Below are positions 27,029-40,238 of a DNA stretch of 64,000 nt, piece after piece. The stretch covers positions 50,282,001-50,346,000 of the forward strand of contig NC_043013.1 in the NCBI RefSeq assembly GCF_006345805.1, in the 5' to 3' direction. The notes under the pieces were generated by a model. That model did not search any database. It was not told the DNA's origin and worked only from the letters and a program-made list of their open reading frames with translations. Source of the stretch: Octopus sinensis (taxonomy: Eukaryota). Position numbers and translations under genes: made by a program. The first letter of the stretch is position 1; every line of letters begins with the position of its first letter.

Positions 27029-27563
27029 GTATGATCGTCCATACAAATATAATTTGCAGAACTACACATCGGACATCCGCACGAGGTCAAATATGCATGC
27101 AGTTCTATCTATTACATTTGTGGTTATTTTCAAAAGTCCTCGTTTTGTGGCGCTAAAAATTCCGGAAATAATACTGCGCAAAATAATTTACTGCAGTAGC
27201 CCTTGCCGGTTTGAGAACGTATTAATTTAAAATTAAAATTAAGATGAGGGTGAAAAATTGGATATTAATTTAATAACATCAAATTAACACCAGTGGTCTA
27301 GCATATTAAAAAACGGAGGTTCAGTAAATAGTATTACATACATATAAGAGGGATCGAAACCCTAACGTTAGAAGTAGATCCGCTCTGGTCTTACCACTAA
27401 GAATTGTTCTCTAGAAAATTTAGCAAAAACCAGAAACGTGGCGCGCCAGAACGAGGACTTTTGAAAAATAACAGGTGTAACATGTAGAACTACATACATA
27501 TTCGACATCGTGCGGATGTCCGGTGTGAAGTTCTGTAAATTATATTTGTATGGACGATCATAC
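27029..27563. mobile_element. MITE with ~125-bp TIRs; an inverted partial copy of its interior lies at 27674-27806
   Basis: gtatgatcgtccatacaaatataattt... / ...aaattatatttgtatggacgatcatac. 27317-27439 is the reverse complement of 27674-27806. Confidence 0.75.
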
Positions 27564-27803
27564 TGAAGATCTACTGATAAATTGCGTAAGTAAAATTACG
27601 TAATTTGTTGATAGTGAAACATTGTTTACGATTAATCTATATTTTTGTTACTTTTCCTTTGTCTTGCTCGCTTACGTTTCTGGTGTTTGCCAAATTTTCT
27701 ATAGAACAATTCTTAGTGGTAAGACCATAGCGGATCTACTCTAGCGTTAGGGTGTCCACATTGTGGCAATCCCACTTATATGCATGTAATACTATTTACT
27801 GAA

Positions 27804-27876
<73 letters not shown>

Positions 27877-28402
27877 CCTCATAATCATCATTGTCATCAT
27901 CATCATCATCATCGCTTAACGTCAGTTTTCTATGCTGGCATGGGTTGACGATTTGATAGAAGCTGGCCAATTGTCTGCTGTGCTACGGCTAGATGCCCTT
28001 CCTAACACCAACTATTTTACAGACTGCATGTATGTAAGAAAGAGCTCAATACCATTATTAATACAGTTTGTAAAACGACGCACAAGATTTCATAACTAGT
28101 AAGTATTTCATGCAGTATATTTATGCATGCTTTACTATACCTTTGTATATATCTACAAAATGAGTGCTCAATACAAGCTGCATGACAGAGAGTGACAGCA
28201 TATTTTATTATACAGGCCAAAAATGAAATAAAATAAAATGATAATGTAAATATAATCAAGGTATTTCTTGTTTATTCATGTCTATGATATGATATAGTCC
28301 GTTAAAGATCAAACATCGTTTTTTCAAATTTCATGACTAGTTAATACAAAGCTAAAAAATCGTTAAACGATCTACAAAGCCATCTTCTTAGAAAGAGTCA
28401 GG

Positions 28403-28471
<69 letters not shown>

Positions 28472-28993
28472 TCATAATCATCATTGTCATCATCATCATC
28501 ATCATCGCTTAACGTCAGTTTTCTATGCTGGCATGGGTTGGACGATTTGATAGAAGCTGGCCAATTGTCTGCTGTGCTACGGCTAGATGCCCTTCCTAAC
28601 ACCAACTATTTTACAGACTGCATGTATGTAAGAAAGAGCTCAATACCATTATTAATACAGTTTGTAAAACGACGCACAAGATTTCATAAACTAGTAAGTA
28701 TTTCATGCAGTATATTTATGCATGCTTTACTATACCTTTGTATATATCTACAAAATGAGTGCTCAATACAAGCTGCATGACAGAGAGTGACAGCATATTT
28801 TATTATACAGGCCAAAAATGAAATAAAATAAAATGATAATGTAAATATAATCAAGGTATTTCTTGTTTATTCATGTCTATGATATGATATAGTCCGTTAA
28901 AGATCAAACATCGTTTTTTCAAATTTCATGACTAGTTAATACAAAGCTAAAAATCGTTAAACGATCTACAAGCCATCTTCTTAGAAAGAGTCA

Positions 28994-28996
<3 letters not shown>
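27877..28996. repeat. Near-identical tandem duplication (2 x ~527 bp) separated and flanked by (TA)n
   Basis: 27877-28403 versus 28470-28996; the differences seen are single-base indels. Confidence 0.9.
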
Positions 28997-29045
<49 letters not shown>

Positions 29046-29238
29046 TATATATATATAATAAGCAAAACAAACAAAGAACCAAAAACTGTCGTTGTCGTAC
29101 GCTGAGTTGCAATATTTTTAACACATCACACAATACGAGAAGATCTTTCGTATAAGTTCTGGTTCTTTCTGACCGAACAGTTCTGTTGGAAACTTAAGTT
29201 TTCAGCAAGTTATTAAATTGAAATAACGATGTATGATC

Positions 29239-29244
29239 TTTATT
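29239..29244 (-). promoter_or_regulatory. Candidate polyadenylation signal of GAD
   Basis: AATAAA on the minus strand about 100 nt downstream of the stop codon. Usage is unverified. Confidence 0.35.
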
Positions 29245-29340
29245 GGACTATATCATATTTTTCATGTATAAAATCAAAATTTACTTACCTATCACGAAGA
29301 TTTCTATACGTAAATGTGAAAATGGTAAAGAAAGCAAAAA

Positions 29341-29514
29341 TCAAAGAGTTCTCCCTAAGCGGTCAATTTCTTCTACTAAGAAATCCAGATCTTTTTCCAT
29401 AACTGCTGCGTTAGAAATGACCACTCTAAAAAAATTGGGGTGTTCGCCCAGGGGTTGGTAGCCTACCATAAGAGATCCGTTCTCCATCATCATAGCTTTG
29501 ATGCACCTGGTAGC
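29341..29514 (-). CDS. Gad1: GAD last coding exon (174 nt incl. TGA)
   Basis: ccttag acceptor. Encodes [57 protein letters not shown], a typical GAD C-terminus. Confidence 0.95.
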   Translation of the reverse strand, partial: ATRCIKAMMMENGSLMVGYQPLGEHPNFFRVVISNAAVMEKDLDFLVEEIDRLGRTL

Positions 29515-30021
29515 CTAAGGTGAATAAAAATGACAATAATATATATGTGCATATATATATATATATATTAAATTCAAATTACGATGTAAGTAAACAGATT
29601 TGTAGAAAGTTAAGAAAGTAAAGTAATTTTTTGTTCTCAAACGCAGGATAATGCTAATAATATAGCACGAACAGGATAAACTATCCATAATTTGGAGAAA
29701 AATCTGTCGGCGACACATTTTTCTGTAAAATATGTGTAGTTACTATTAGCATTATCCTGCGTTTGAGAATAAAAAATTACTTCCTTCATATATATATATA
29801 TATATATTTCTATAAATATAAGGGGGTGCTGAAAAGTTCCTGGTATTAGGGGTATTGCGAAAGGCTTGGCTGGAGGCCCAATCCTCCGGTTTCTTTTACA
29901 GGGCTTAGAAAAACAGAAGGACCGTCGCAATAAGTGTGTGAATCTGAGAGGGGAATATATGTTGAATAAAATCATAATTAACTGATCCTCCTCTATTTTC
30001 TTTTACCCAAAACCAGGAACT

Positions 30022-30069
<48 letters not shown>

Positions 30070-30105
30070 AAATATGAGGACATAGGAACAGATTAAACCA
30101 CTTAC

Positions 30106-30195
30106 TTGATGCAATTCGCTTTTCTTTCTCTCGTCGTCGTCCATTTCTCGAATTCTCAACGGAACATACCAGAAGCAGACGTTTGTACACTCTCC
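30106..30195 (-). CDS. Gad1: GAD exon (90 nt)
   Basis: gaatag acceptor, gtaagt donor. Encodes GECTNVCFWYVPLRIREMDDDERKKSELHQ. Confidence 0.94.
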
Positions 30196-30314
30196 CTATT
30201 CATTGAAGAACAGAGGTAAGGAAATTGTTATCAGATGTGTGTGTGTGTGTGTGAATGGAGGGGTGGGGCAAAGGAACTAAACTTCCGGTCAGCCTAATTT
30301 TGGTCACCGGTTAC

Positions 30315-30715
30315 AGCCATGTCTCTATGGATGGAAGCACTCCGTCGGTTACGACGACGAGGGTTCCGTCTGATCCGATCAACGGAACAGCCTGCTCGTG
30401 AAATTAACGTATAAGTGGCTGAGCACTCCACAGACACGTGTACCCTTAACGCATTTCTCGGGGATATTCAGCGTGACACAGAGAGTGACAAGGCCGGCCC
30501 TTTGAAATACAGGTACAACAGAAACAGGAAGTAAGAGTGAGAGAAAGTTGTGGTGAAAGAGTACAGCAGGGATCACCACCATCCCTGCCAGAGCCTCGTG
30601 GAACTTTTAGGTGTTTTCGCTCAATAAACACTCACAACGCCCGGTCTGGGAATCGAAACCGCGATCCTACGACCGCGAGTCCGCTGCCCTAACCACTGGG
30701 CAATTGCGCCTCCAC
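30315..30715 (-). mobile_element. tRNA-derived SINE in a GAD intron
   Basis: Minus head gtggaggcgcaattgcccagtggttagg...ggtttcgattccc; 3' part shared with 8340-8735. Confidence 0.7.
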
Positions 30716-30924
30716 TCATGTTTCTATACTTACGTTACGTAACAAATGTAATTAATAAAAATAGCTGGAGGGATAAAATTGCTTAAAACTATATAAGAGG
30801 GATTTTGGTTCGTACGCTGTCATAGGTCACAGGTCACAGGTTACAGGTCACAGGTCACTAGTATGCATCCTTGATGCAGAGAAATTTTGACGGGCTTCGT
30901 CCACCTAGCTGGCCAATATGTATT

Positions 30925-31240
30925 GTGAAAGTGCGTAGCTTAGGGGTTAGGGTATTTGGCTTACGATCGTGAGGACATAAGTTCGATTCCCGGTGATGCG
31001 TTGTATCCTTGAGCAAGTCTCTTTATTTCACGTTGCTCCAGTCTAGTCAGCCGGCAAAAATGAATTGTACCTGTACTTAAAAAGTTAGCCGTGTCACATT
31101 CTGTATCATGCTGAATCTCTTTGGGAACTACGTTAACGGAAAGCGTGTCTGAGGAGTGCTCAGCCACTTGCATGTTAATTTCCCGAGCAGGTCTTTCTGT
31201 TGATCAGATCACCTGGAGCCCTCGTCGTTGTAATCGACGG
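30925..31240 (+). mobile_element. tRNA-derived CORE-like SINE in a GAD intron
   Basis: tagcttaggggttagg..aagttcgattccc..ccttgagcaagtc.ctttatttcacgttgctcc. Confidence 0.7.
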
Positions 31241-31831
31241 GGGGGGGGGGGCGTATATAAATAGGTGTTAATTTATTTTATAGTCATGAAGACAAGCAAT
31301 GCTTATGACTTTTTTGAGGGCCTTCGAAACGGTTAGGAACTGGAGAGAGGAATGTATCCTGAAACTAAAGACCTAGTTTGAATGCTTGCAGCAGATTGGC
31401 CTTCTGCTGTGGGCACCGTTAAGATCCAGGTGGTGATGTTAAATCGGGTGAAGGATTGTGTCTGCCGTCCAAATAGGCCAAAGCGGGGTTTGAACTCAGA
31501 CCGTAAAGAAGCTAGCACACATACTGCAAGGTATCCTGTTCGCTCGTCAAACGCTCTAACGATTCCGCCGGTCAACCGCCTTAGACTGACATTTTATTTA
31601 TCGACCCCTGAAGGGTGAATTGCAAAGTGGATCTCGGCAGGATTTGAAATCGGAACGCAAAAAGCTGGGATAATTACCGCACAGGGGGTTTCGTACAATG
31701 CCCTAACGACTCTGCCAATTCGCTGGTGTTCACATCTTCAAGCAGCGACAACACTTCAATGAGAAGACAACTCCAAACGTTGCTCTTATTTAATACAAGG
31801 TCAGTCCTTAACCATAAAAGCCGGGAACAGA

Positions 31832-31882
<51 letters not shown>

Positions 31883-32064
31883 TTTCTTTGTGTATGGAAG
31901 TATTATATCATGATTATAATAATTCTCTCTACTATAGGCAAACAGTGGAGGCACATGGCCTAGTGGTTACAGCACCAACATGAACTTCCAATTTGTTGTC
32001 TCTTGAGGTCTCTGGGTGAGACTTGGAGCCAATTTGTACAAATGTAAAGCAAAAGTCAAACATA

Positions 32065-32121
<57 letters not shown>

Positions 32122-32127
32122 TCTTAC

Positions 32128-32182
32128 CTTTTCTAATACAAACTTGAATCCTTCACGCTTTCGTATTAATTCTCTCAAATAA
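32128..32182 (-). CDS. Gad1: GAD small exon (55 nt)
   Basis: ttttgttgtag acceptor, gtaaga donor. T plus YLRELIRKREGFKFVLEK; the T completes codon AAT (N). Confidence 0.9.
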
Positions 32183-32426
32183 CTACAACAAAAATAAGAA
32201 TAAGAATAGGACAGATTGTAATAATCAATATTTGTTTGCTAATTAAAAAAAAGTAAGCTCCCTAAACCGTATTGTAAGGAAGGGTCTGTGAAGGGTCTGT
32301 TTCCCCAATGAAAATATGTGTAGTTTTTAGTAAAAAGAGTTGCTATTCTGAAGCGTATGAATTATACGAAGGGATGAAAGAGGTTGCTGTAAAATGTTGG
32401 AATTGCATTAGCGAACATATTGCAGT

Positions 32427-32495
<69 letters not shown>

Positions 32496-32516
32496 CAGAT
32501 AGACAGATAGACAGAC

Positions 32517-32559
<43 letters not shown>

Positions 32560-32564
32560 CAGAC

Positions 32565-32610
<46 letters not shown>

Positions 32611-35600
32611 CTTTCTTTTATTAGCACCCAGGCTGAATACAGAGGGGACAAATACAAATGCAGAGCTTTTCTTTTCGAGGGTGGAAAAAATAAAAAATGT
32701 AAGATTGCGATCAAAAGGGATCGAGAGGAGGAAAAAAAAGGAAAAAAAAAGAAAATCGTGTATCACAGAAATAATGGTGTAACATTGATATAACAAGATT
32801 GGGTTCATCCGTGGGAAGGAAAAGCCTACAGAAAAGACCACGGGAACCCCAGTCAGGGAGGAAATAAACACATGAGGTCAAAAATGCTCTCTTCTTTCTT
32901 TTTTACGATCTACTGGATCATGCTCAAAATGGTTTCGTTACTAGCACGCACCATCTTTGCAACATTCACCCATCTTTTTTTGAATCTTTCGCGAGACAAA
33001 ACTTCCCTCTCCATTCTCACCTCCTTTTCAAGTGGTACTTGAAAAAGTTGATGAGCGATTGGCCAGAGAGGTAAGTGTTTGTCTCTAATCCTTTCGCTCG
33101 AGTCCACCACACACATTCTTTCACCATGGCCACCAGTACGATGAAAACTGTCTTGCCTTCCCGGTTGAGGGAGGGGGCGGAGCAATTCTCACGATAGACT
33201 CGGCCGATAGGCGGATTCGTCCCACACGTGACAGCAGCCGTTCGGCATACCCACAGGTCGGAAATGGTTTGACATTGCACGAGTGCGTGCAGAACGGTTT
33301 CGTCGCTCTGACCGCATCTCGGGCAAGTCGGTCCAGTGTGTCTGGAACCGTGTCTGTAGAGCTTATCCCGATAGGTAATGCTTCTCGATAGCACTGCCAG
33401 GCCAGGGATCTTTGGTGATTGTTCATAGGTCCCGGCCCGAAGTTGTCCTGAACAGGCGGTCAGGTGTTCCTCGTCGACGCCCAGACTCTGCCCGAGTTCG
33501 TCGTCGCACCTCCCCTCCACTATCCTCTATAGAATGCCTTTTGTTGTGATGGAGTCGCACAAGTTCGATCCCCGACGGCAGAGTTGCTTGAGAGCAACGC
33601 GACACTCGCGGTGCCATTCGCCTAACCTCGGTCTCTGCTTGATCCATGACTGTAGTTCGTCCAAGGAGACGAGCTGCGGGAAAGCGCGCCGCACAAAAGG
33701 CGACCACCCCTGTTCACCGTTGTCTATGAAGCGCCGGAGATGTCGCAGTCTCAGCGCATGTCTGCGCATCATCAACCACGGCATGCCCAGCCCTCCATTT
33801 AGCGGGTGTGTGGCAGCAAATGGATCGCCTAACCATCGGAACGTTTTCCCTTCCACAAGAAGCGGAAGAGTATGCGTTCCAGTTTGTGATGGTAGGTCGG
33901 GACAAGGCACGACGGTCAGACGATACTCGATGACGGATGCGATGTACGCGTTCGCCACCTCCGCTCCGCCCGACCTTTTAGGGATAGCTTTCTCTCAGTC
34001 CATTTCTGGGTGAGAGTAGCCACCCTAGTCGTTATCTCGCCCCAGTTCTTCTCCATTTGGAGGTCCGGACGACCGAACCAGACCCCGAGCAATTTAACCG
34101 GTCCGTCCGTCCAGCGTCCCCGATGGAGACGCTGTTGGACGGCATGGGCTTGCTTCTCCAGGTGCCGAGCCGCAAGCCCACTGACTTTTCCGGTTAATTT
34201 TTGCTCCCGTTACCGCTTCGTATTCTTTCAGTGTCTCGCCGACCAGCTCGATGTGCTCGTAGCTCGACACTATGACGGTGACGTCATCCGCGTATGCAGA
34301 CACGCTCCTCCCGCATCCCAGCTCTCGTGGGATGCCCTCACGTCGCCAGTTTCCGCAGTAGTGGCTCAAGAGTCAGTACATACAGCACGATGAGAGGGGG
34401 CATCCCTGACGAACCGAACGCATGATGTAAAAGGTCTGGATAGATGACCATTTACGCGAACTACTGAGCGGATGCCGCTGTATAAGGCAGCGATCCAACC
34501 GCGGAAAACTGGACCGAAACCAGCCGCTTTGAGGACAGCCTCCAAGTAGTGATGGTCTACCCTATCGAAGGCTTTTGATTGATCCAAATGATCAGCGCCC
34601 CACCCATGCCAGGATTTTTAACTACCCTGTCTATGATGTAGCGCATCAGATGGAGGTTGTCATGAATACTTCTACCCGGCACGGCGCATGTTTGCGCCTT
34701 GTCGATTAGTTTCTTGATGACAAGCGCCAACCTCTCGGCTAACACCTTGGCCAAAATTTTCAAATCTGCGTTGAGCAGAGTGATGGGCCTGAAATTATCT
34801 ATGACGTCCCCCTTGTTTGGGTCTTTCTTGATCAGTGCCACTGCTCCTCGCTTTACAAAAGCAGGAATACTCCCGTTCTGCTGCCAGTTGCAGTAGACAG
34901 CTGCCAAGACGCCTCCAAAAAGTCTGGCATATGAAAATAAAATTCGTAGGGCAGACCATCCAAGCCTGGTGACTTGTCTCTCGCGCAGCCTACCATCGCA
35001 TCCTGTACGTCCGCAGCTGTGATAGGCTTTTCACAAGACTCCACCTCCCTTGCTGAGAGTCGTGGCAAGGCATGCAGGTAGGCACTAAAGTCCACTCTGC
35101 TTTCTGACTCACCACTTGTCCCAAACAGTTGGGTGAAGTGTTGTTGAAAAACCCCACACATCCTTTTAGGCTCGAGCAATTCGCGCCCCTGTTCATCTAT
35201 AAGAGACTTGATGGTGGCTCTGTTGCCTCGTTGCGTCGCCACCACTCGGGCCTCTTGGGCGGCTCCAACTCCTTCGTTCCTCAGAGCACGCATCCTAGCT
35301 CTGACAACGCATCCCTCGTGTTTGGCGTTGAGGTGTTGGTCGAGGGCCAATCTCGCCGCCAGTACGTTGGACGCGATGCCAGTTCTAAGTGCCTCTTCTA
35401 AAACCTTAACTAAATCTCCCTCTATTCTATTTCGGTCTAATGCTAGGGCTCTACTGTATCTGACTGATTCTGCTTTAATCGCTTTTTTAGGGCATACCAC
35501 CATCTGTTGTTGATGATGGTACCCGTCAAAGCTCTCTTAACTAATGTGCTGATCCGGTCCCTGTAAACCTGTCGTGCTGTAAAAGACGCGTTCAGTTTCC

Positions 35601-35681
35601 AGTAACCAGGACCCTGCCTATGTGTCTTATCTAAGTCAAGTGTACAAGTCACAAACTTGTGATCTGTGTAACTGACTATAT

Positions 35682-35685
<4 letters not shown>
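32611..35685 (-). mobile_element. Tx1-like LINE copy A, 5'-truncated (endonuclease C-end through RT to 3' UTR), diverged subfamily
   Basis: [54 protein letters not shown]. (GATA)n on both flanks. Confidence 0.93.
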
Positions 35686-35727
<42 letters not shown>

Positions 35728-35736
35728 CAGATAGAC

Positions 35737-35787
<51 letters not shown>

Positions 35788-35828
35788 CAGATAGATAGAT
35801 AGATAGATAGACAGATAGATAGATAGAC

Positions 35829-35875
<47 letters not shown>

Positions 35876-35884
35876 CAGATAGAC

Positions 35885-35935
<51 letters not shown>

Positions 35936-35987
35936 CAGACAGATAGACAGATAGATAGATAGATTAATAGATTGATAGATAGATATA

Positions 35988-36377
35988 CAAGGTGATTCAA
36001 AAGTCTCCGTATATAGGAAAAAATATTTTTTATAAACAATTTATAAGATACCCCAGATCCCTTGATTCCCTGATCCCCTAATCTGACTCCTCTTGATTTC
36101 TATGTTTGGGGGCAATTGAAAGGCACGGTGTATCGCGGAAAGATAAAAGACATAAATCATTTGAAGGACCTTTATCACCAACTCCTTTGTACACGTATCA
36201 CCAGATGTGCTGTTACGAGTTCCCAGTGAGTGGGGTTAACGTATTGCAATGTGTATTCAAATCAATGGTAACCATTTAGAACCAGTTAGATAATAAAAAA
36301 AAGCAAACTGTTCTTATAAACTGTTTCTTATAAAAAGATAGATTGTTCCTATGTATGGCGACTTTTGAATCACCCTG
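35988..36377 (+). mobile_element. Internally deleted Tc1/mariner-superfamily element with TA TSD
   Basis: TIRs caaggtgattcaaaagtc..tagga / tcctat..gacttttgaatcaccctg with TA flanks. Remnant DLTPLDFYVWGQLKGTVY...W..RIAMCIQING.HLE. Confidence 0.85.
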
Positions 36378-36447
<70 letters not shown>

Positions 36448-36485
36448 GATAGATCGATAGCTAGCTAGCTAGCTAGCTAGCTAGC

Positions 36486-36522
<37 letters not shown>

Positions 36523-36547
36523 CGATAGCTAGATAGATTGATAGATA

Positions 36548-36706
36548 TGTTTCTTTATTAGCCACACAGGGCTGCACACAGATAGAACAAATTACAGGTA
36601 GAGCTTTTCTTTTGAAGGTTTAAAAAAAAAAAAAAAAGGAAGGGGGAGTTTCGATCAAAAGGGATCGTAAAAGGAGAGAAAGAGGACAAAAAAAAGGGGG
36701 GGGGGG

Positions 36707-36737
<31 letters not shown>

Positions 36738-37845
36738 AGAGGAAAAAAAATTGATCAATAGGGATCGTTATCACAGAAATGTCAATATGAAGTGTAAAGT
36801 GGAGGACAGGTGAGGTTTACCCGTGGAAAGAAAAGCCTACGGAAAAGACCACGGTAACCTCGGTCAATGAAGTCACATTTTATATTTCTTTTTTTTTTTT
36901 TTTTTTGCAAATAAGCAACTCTCTGTTTTCGATTTCTGGGTTCATAGGACTATGCTCAAGGTGGCTTCGTCATTCATACGTGCCATTCTTGCTACATTCA
37001 CCCATCTTTTTTTAAAACATTCGCTAGACAAAACTTGCCTCTCTACTCTCACTTTCCTTTTCAAGTGGTACTTGAAGAAGTTGATGAGAGATTGACCAGA
37101 GAGGAAAGTGTTTGTCTCCAATCCTTTCAGACGCGTCCACCAGATACATTCTTTCGCCATAGCCACAAGGATGATGAAAATAGCTCTTCCTTCCCGTTTG
37201 AAGGAAGGAGGCGTGACAATATTGACGATAGACTCAGCTGATAAACCGACTCGTCCCACACGTGACAGCAGTTGTTCGACATAAGCCCACAGGTCGGAAA
37301 ATGTTGGACACTGAACGAGTGCGTGCAGAACGGTTTCGTCGCTCTGACCGCATCTCGGGAGGTCGGCCCCGTGTTTCTCGAGCCGTGTCTGTAGAGCTTA
37401 TCCCGAACGGGTAGCGCTTCTCGGTAGCACTGCCAGGCCAGGGATCTCTGGAAGTTGTCCATGGGCCCTGGCCGAAAGTCGTCCCGAACAGGCGGGTCAG
37501 GTACTCCTCGTCGACGTCCAGGTTCGCCCCGAGCTCGTCGTCGTACCTCCCCTCCACTAAACCCCGATAGAATGCTTTGGTTTGGTGAAGTCACTTAAGG
37601 TCGACCCAGGACGGCAGAGTTGCTTGAGAGCAACGCGACACTCGCGGTGCCATTCGCCCTTCCTCGGCCTCTTTTTGATCCACGACTGCAGTTCGGTCAT
37701 GGAGACGAGCTGCGGGAAAGCGTGCCTCACAAACGGCGACCACACCTGTTCACCGTCGTCTACATAGAGCCAGAGATGTCGCAGTCTCAGCGCGTGTCTG
37801 CGCATCATCAACCACGGCATGCCCAGCCCTCCTTTTAACGGGTGT
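36548..37845 (-). mobile_element. Tx1-like LINE copy B, 5'-truncated
   Basis: Near-identical reverse complement of ~45200-46486; flanked by (GATA)n on both sides. Confidence 0.93.
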
Positions 37846-37892
37846 AGATAGATAGATACATACATACATGCATACATACATACACATATTTA

Positions 37893-39490
37893 TCTATAAT
37901 AATAAATGGCCAGTTTGTGTCCTTGTGTATTTATTGCTTTAACTCCCCCGAGACTATCCAACAGACCTTGATGAAACTTGACACATGTGTGGGTCTTATG
38001 TCCATGCGGTCACTTATGCACTTGGAATTTAAAAAAAAATCGATCTTTAATCATCATCGATTTTTCAAAAATCGTAAAATTTCGGCATTTTTCGCACTAG
38101 TCATCGTGACTATCAGTTTGACGAAAAATGCCGAAATTTGACGAAAAATCCCTCATGGGTATAAACAGACAGCTTATTAACAAAACTCTACTTAGCATTT
38201 GCTAATTCTTCATTTCAATCCGAATTGTTTTGATTTGCTAAAACTTAGTATTTCAACTCGCTGTTTTAACTCACCAGCGTTTCAGATTCTAAATAGGTAA
38301 GTGCACTTTATTTTTCAAGCTAAATTTAGGCATTTTGCACACCATCTGTCGTGACACCAATTTGACGAAATCTGGTCCAAAGCGTAAAACTTCGCCATTT
38401 TACGCACATGCACAAAAATGACGACGGTACGGGTTCACGGATCTTTTCCTTTTGAACGACAGTTTTCAACAAAATTTCTAGTTAACTAAACACCTTTAAA
38501 CTTCGTAAACTGGTAGAATGTGTTTATAAAACATCTTTTTCTCTTGGCTTTATTGAGAAAATTCGGCAATTTTAACCAATCGCTCACCTCCATTTGGGGT
38601 GAAAACATTCCGTGCTGTATGAATATGTTCCTCAGAAACAGATTGGATTTATTTACATTTGCGAAGAAAAAAAGATACCCTTCCCCCACCCCTAACCCTA
38701 ACCCTAACTCTAACTCTAACTAACCCTAACCCTAAAACAGATTGAAATGCAATAGATCGATACTAGGGTTATAATTATGGGTGACATTTTCATTTGACAC
38801 CGCTAGAAAAAAATCCCATTTTCCGGAGCGGTGTCGTATGAAATTGTCACCCATAATTATAACCCTAGTATCGATCTATTGCATTTCAATCTGTTTTAGG
38901 GTTAGGGTTAGTTAGAATTAGGATTAGGGCTAGGGGTGGGGTTAGGGTTAGGGGTGGGGGAAGGGTATCTGTTTTTCTTCGCAAATGTAAATAAACCCAA
39001 TCTGTTTCTGAGGGACATATTCATACAGCACGGAATGTTTTCACCCCAAATGGAGATGAGCGATTGGTTAAAATTGCCGAAATGCTCGATTTTAAAGTGG
39101 AAATATCTTACAAACTATAGAATTTTCTCAATAAAGCAAAGAAAAAAATGATGTTTTATAAACACATTCTACCAGTATACGAAGTTTAAAAGTGTTTAGT
39201 TAACTAGAAATTGTGTTGACATATGCCGTTCAAAAGGAAAAGATCCGGGTTCGCTATCAGACTCTGCTAATTTTTTCTTCAAATCGGTCCAACCCATTAA
39301 TATAGATTTTACATTTTTGAAAAATGTCGAAATTTGACGAAATATGTTTCATGGTTATAAACAGACATCATATTAACAGTAATTTATTTAGCATTGCTTT
39401 GATTTACTAACACTTATTATTTCAATTCGTTGGTTTACTTCGCCAGTATTTCAGGTTTGAAATAGGTAAGCGCATTTTATTTCTCAAGCA
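37893..39490 (+). mobile_element. Helitron-like or unclassified repeat with ~200-bp internal direct repeats
   Basis: A|TCTATAATAATAAA start; 38135-38340 is repeated at 39328-39489. No CTAG 3' end was found. Confidence 0.45.
38439..39246. mobile_element. Palindromic dimer of the 216-603 MITE with its own 8-bp TSD
   Basis: Two oppositely oriented copies, each lacking the left TIR, fused at ~38815. Outer ends ggatcttttcctttt/aaaaggaaaagatcc; flanks gggttcac / gggttcgc. Confidence 0.8.
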
Positions 39491-39813
39491 TTTTCTATTC
39501 AGTATTTTATGCATAACCGTAGATATACTTACTCACAACCAAGCTACATTTATACAAACTTCTACTTATATACAAGGCTTAACTTATCTGTATACCTCTT
39601 CTTAACTTGCGAATACTTGGAGTTCAGATTTGCGTTAAGTTACCGCATGTACCTTAACTCTCATAGAAGGTTCAGGATCTTGTATCAGTATTTTAAGACG
39701 GGGGATTTTCTCATGTGAAACTCAGCTTACTTAAAGTTAGGACTTCACCATATCACTCATGCAAAAGGGATTTTAGTCCTCAGAATGTGTGTCTGTCTAT
39801 CTATCTATCTATC

Positions 39814-39889
<76 letters not shown>

Positions 39890-40141
39890 GCTGTCTGTCT
39901 GTCTGTCTATTTGTCTGTGTATCTATTTATCTGTCTGACTGTCTGTCTCTCTGTCTATTTATTTATCTGTCTGTCTAGCTGTCTGTCTAGCTGTCTGTCT
40001 ATCTGTCTGTCTGTCTGTCTGTCTATCCGTCTATCTATCTGCCTATCTATCTGTTTATCTATCTATCTGTCTGTCTGTCTATATGTCTGTCTGTCTATCT
40101 GTCTGTCTGTCTGCCTGCCTGTCTGTCTGTCTATCTGTCTG

Positions 40142-40238
<97 letters not shown>

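Noticed and set aside
30640-30715. tRNA-like sequences (also ~8660-8735, 8898-8955, 11215-11288)
   Set aside because: They have A/B boxes but no complete cloverleaf that I could fold, and they continue into SINE bodies, so they were not called as tRNA genes.
38687-38955. (CCCTAA)n/(TTAGGG)n runs suggesting a telomere or fusion site
   Set aside because: They are short, degenerate and an integral part of a MITE that is also present at 216-603.
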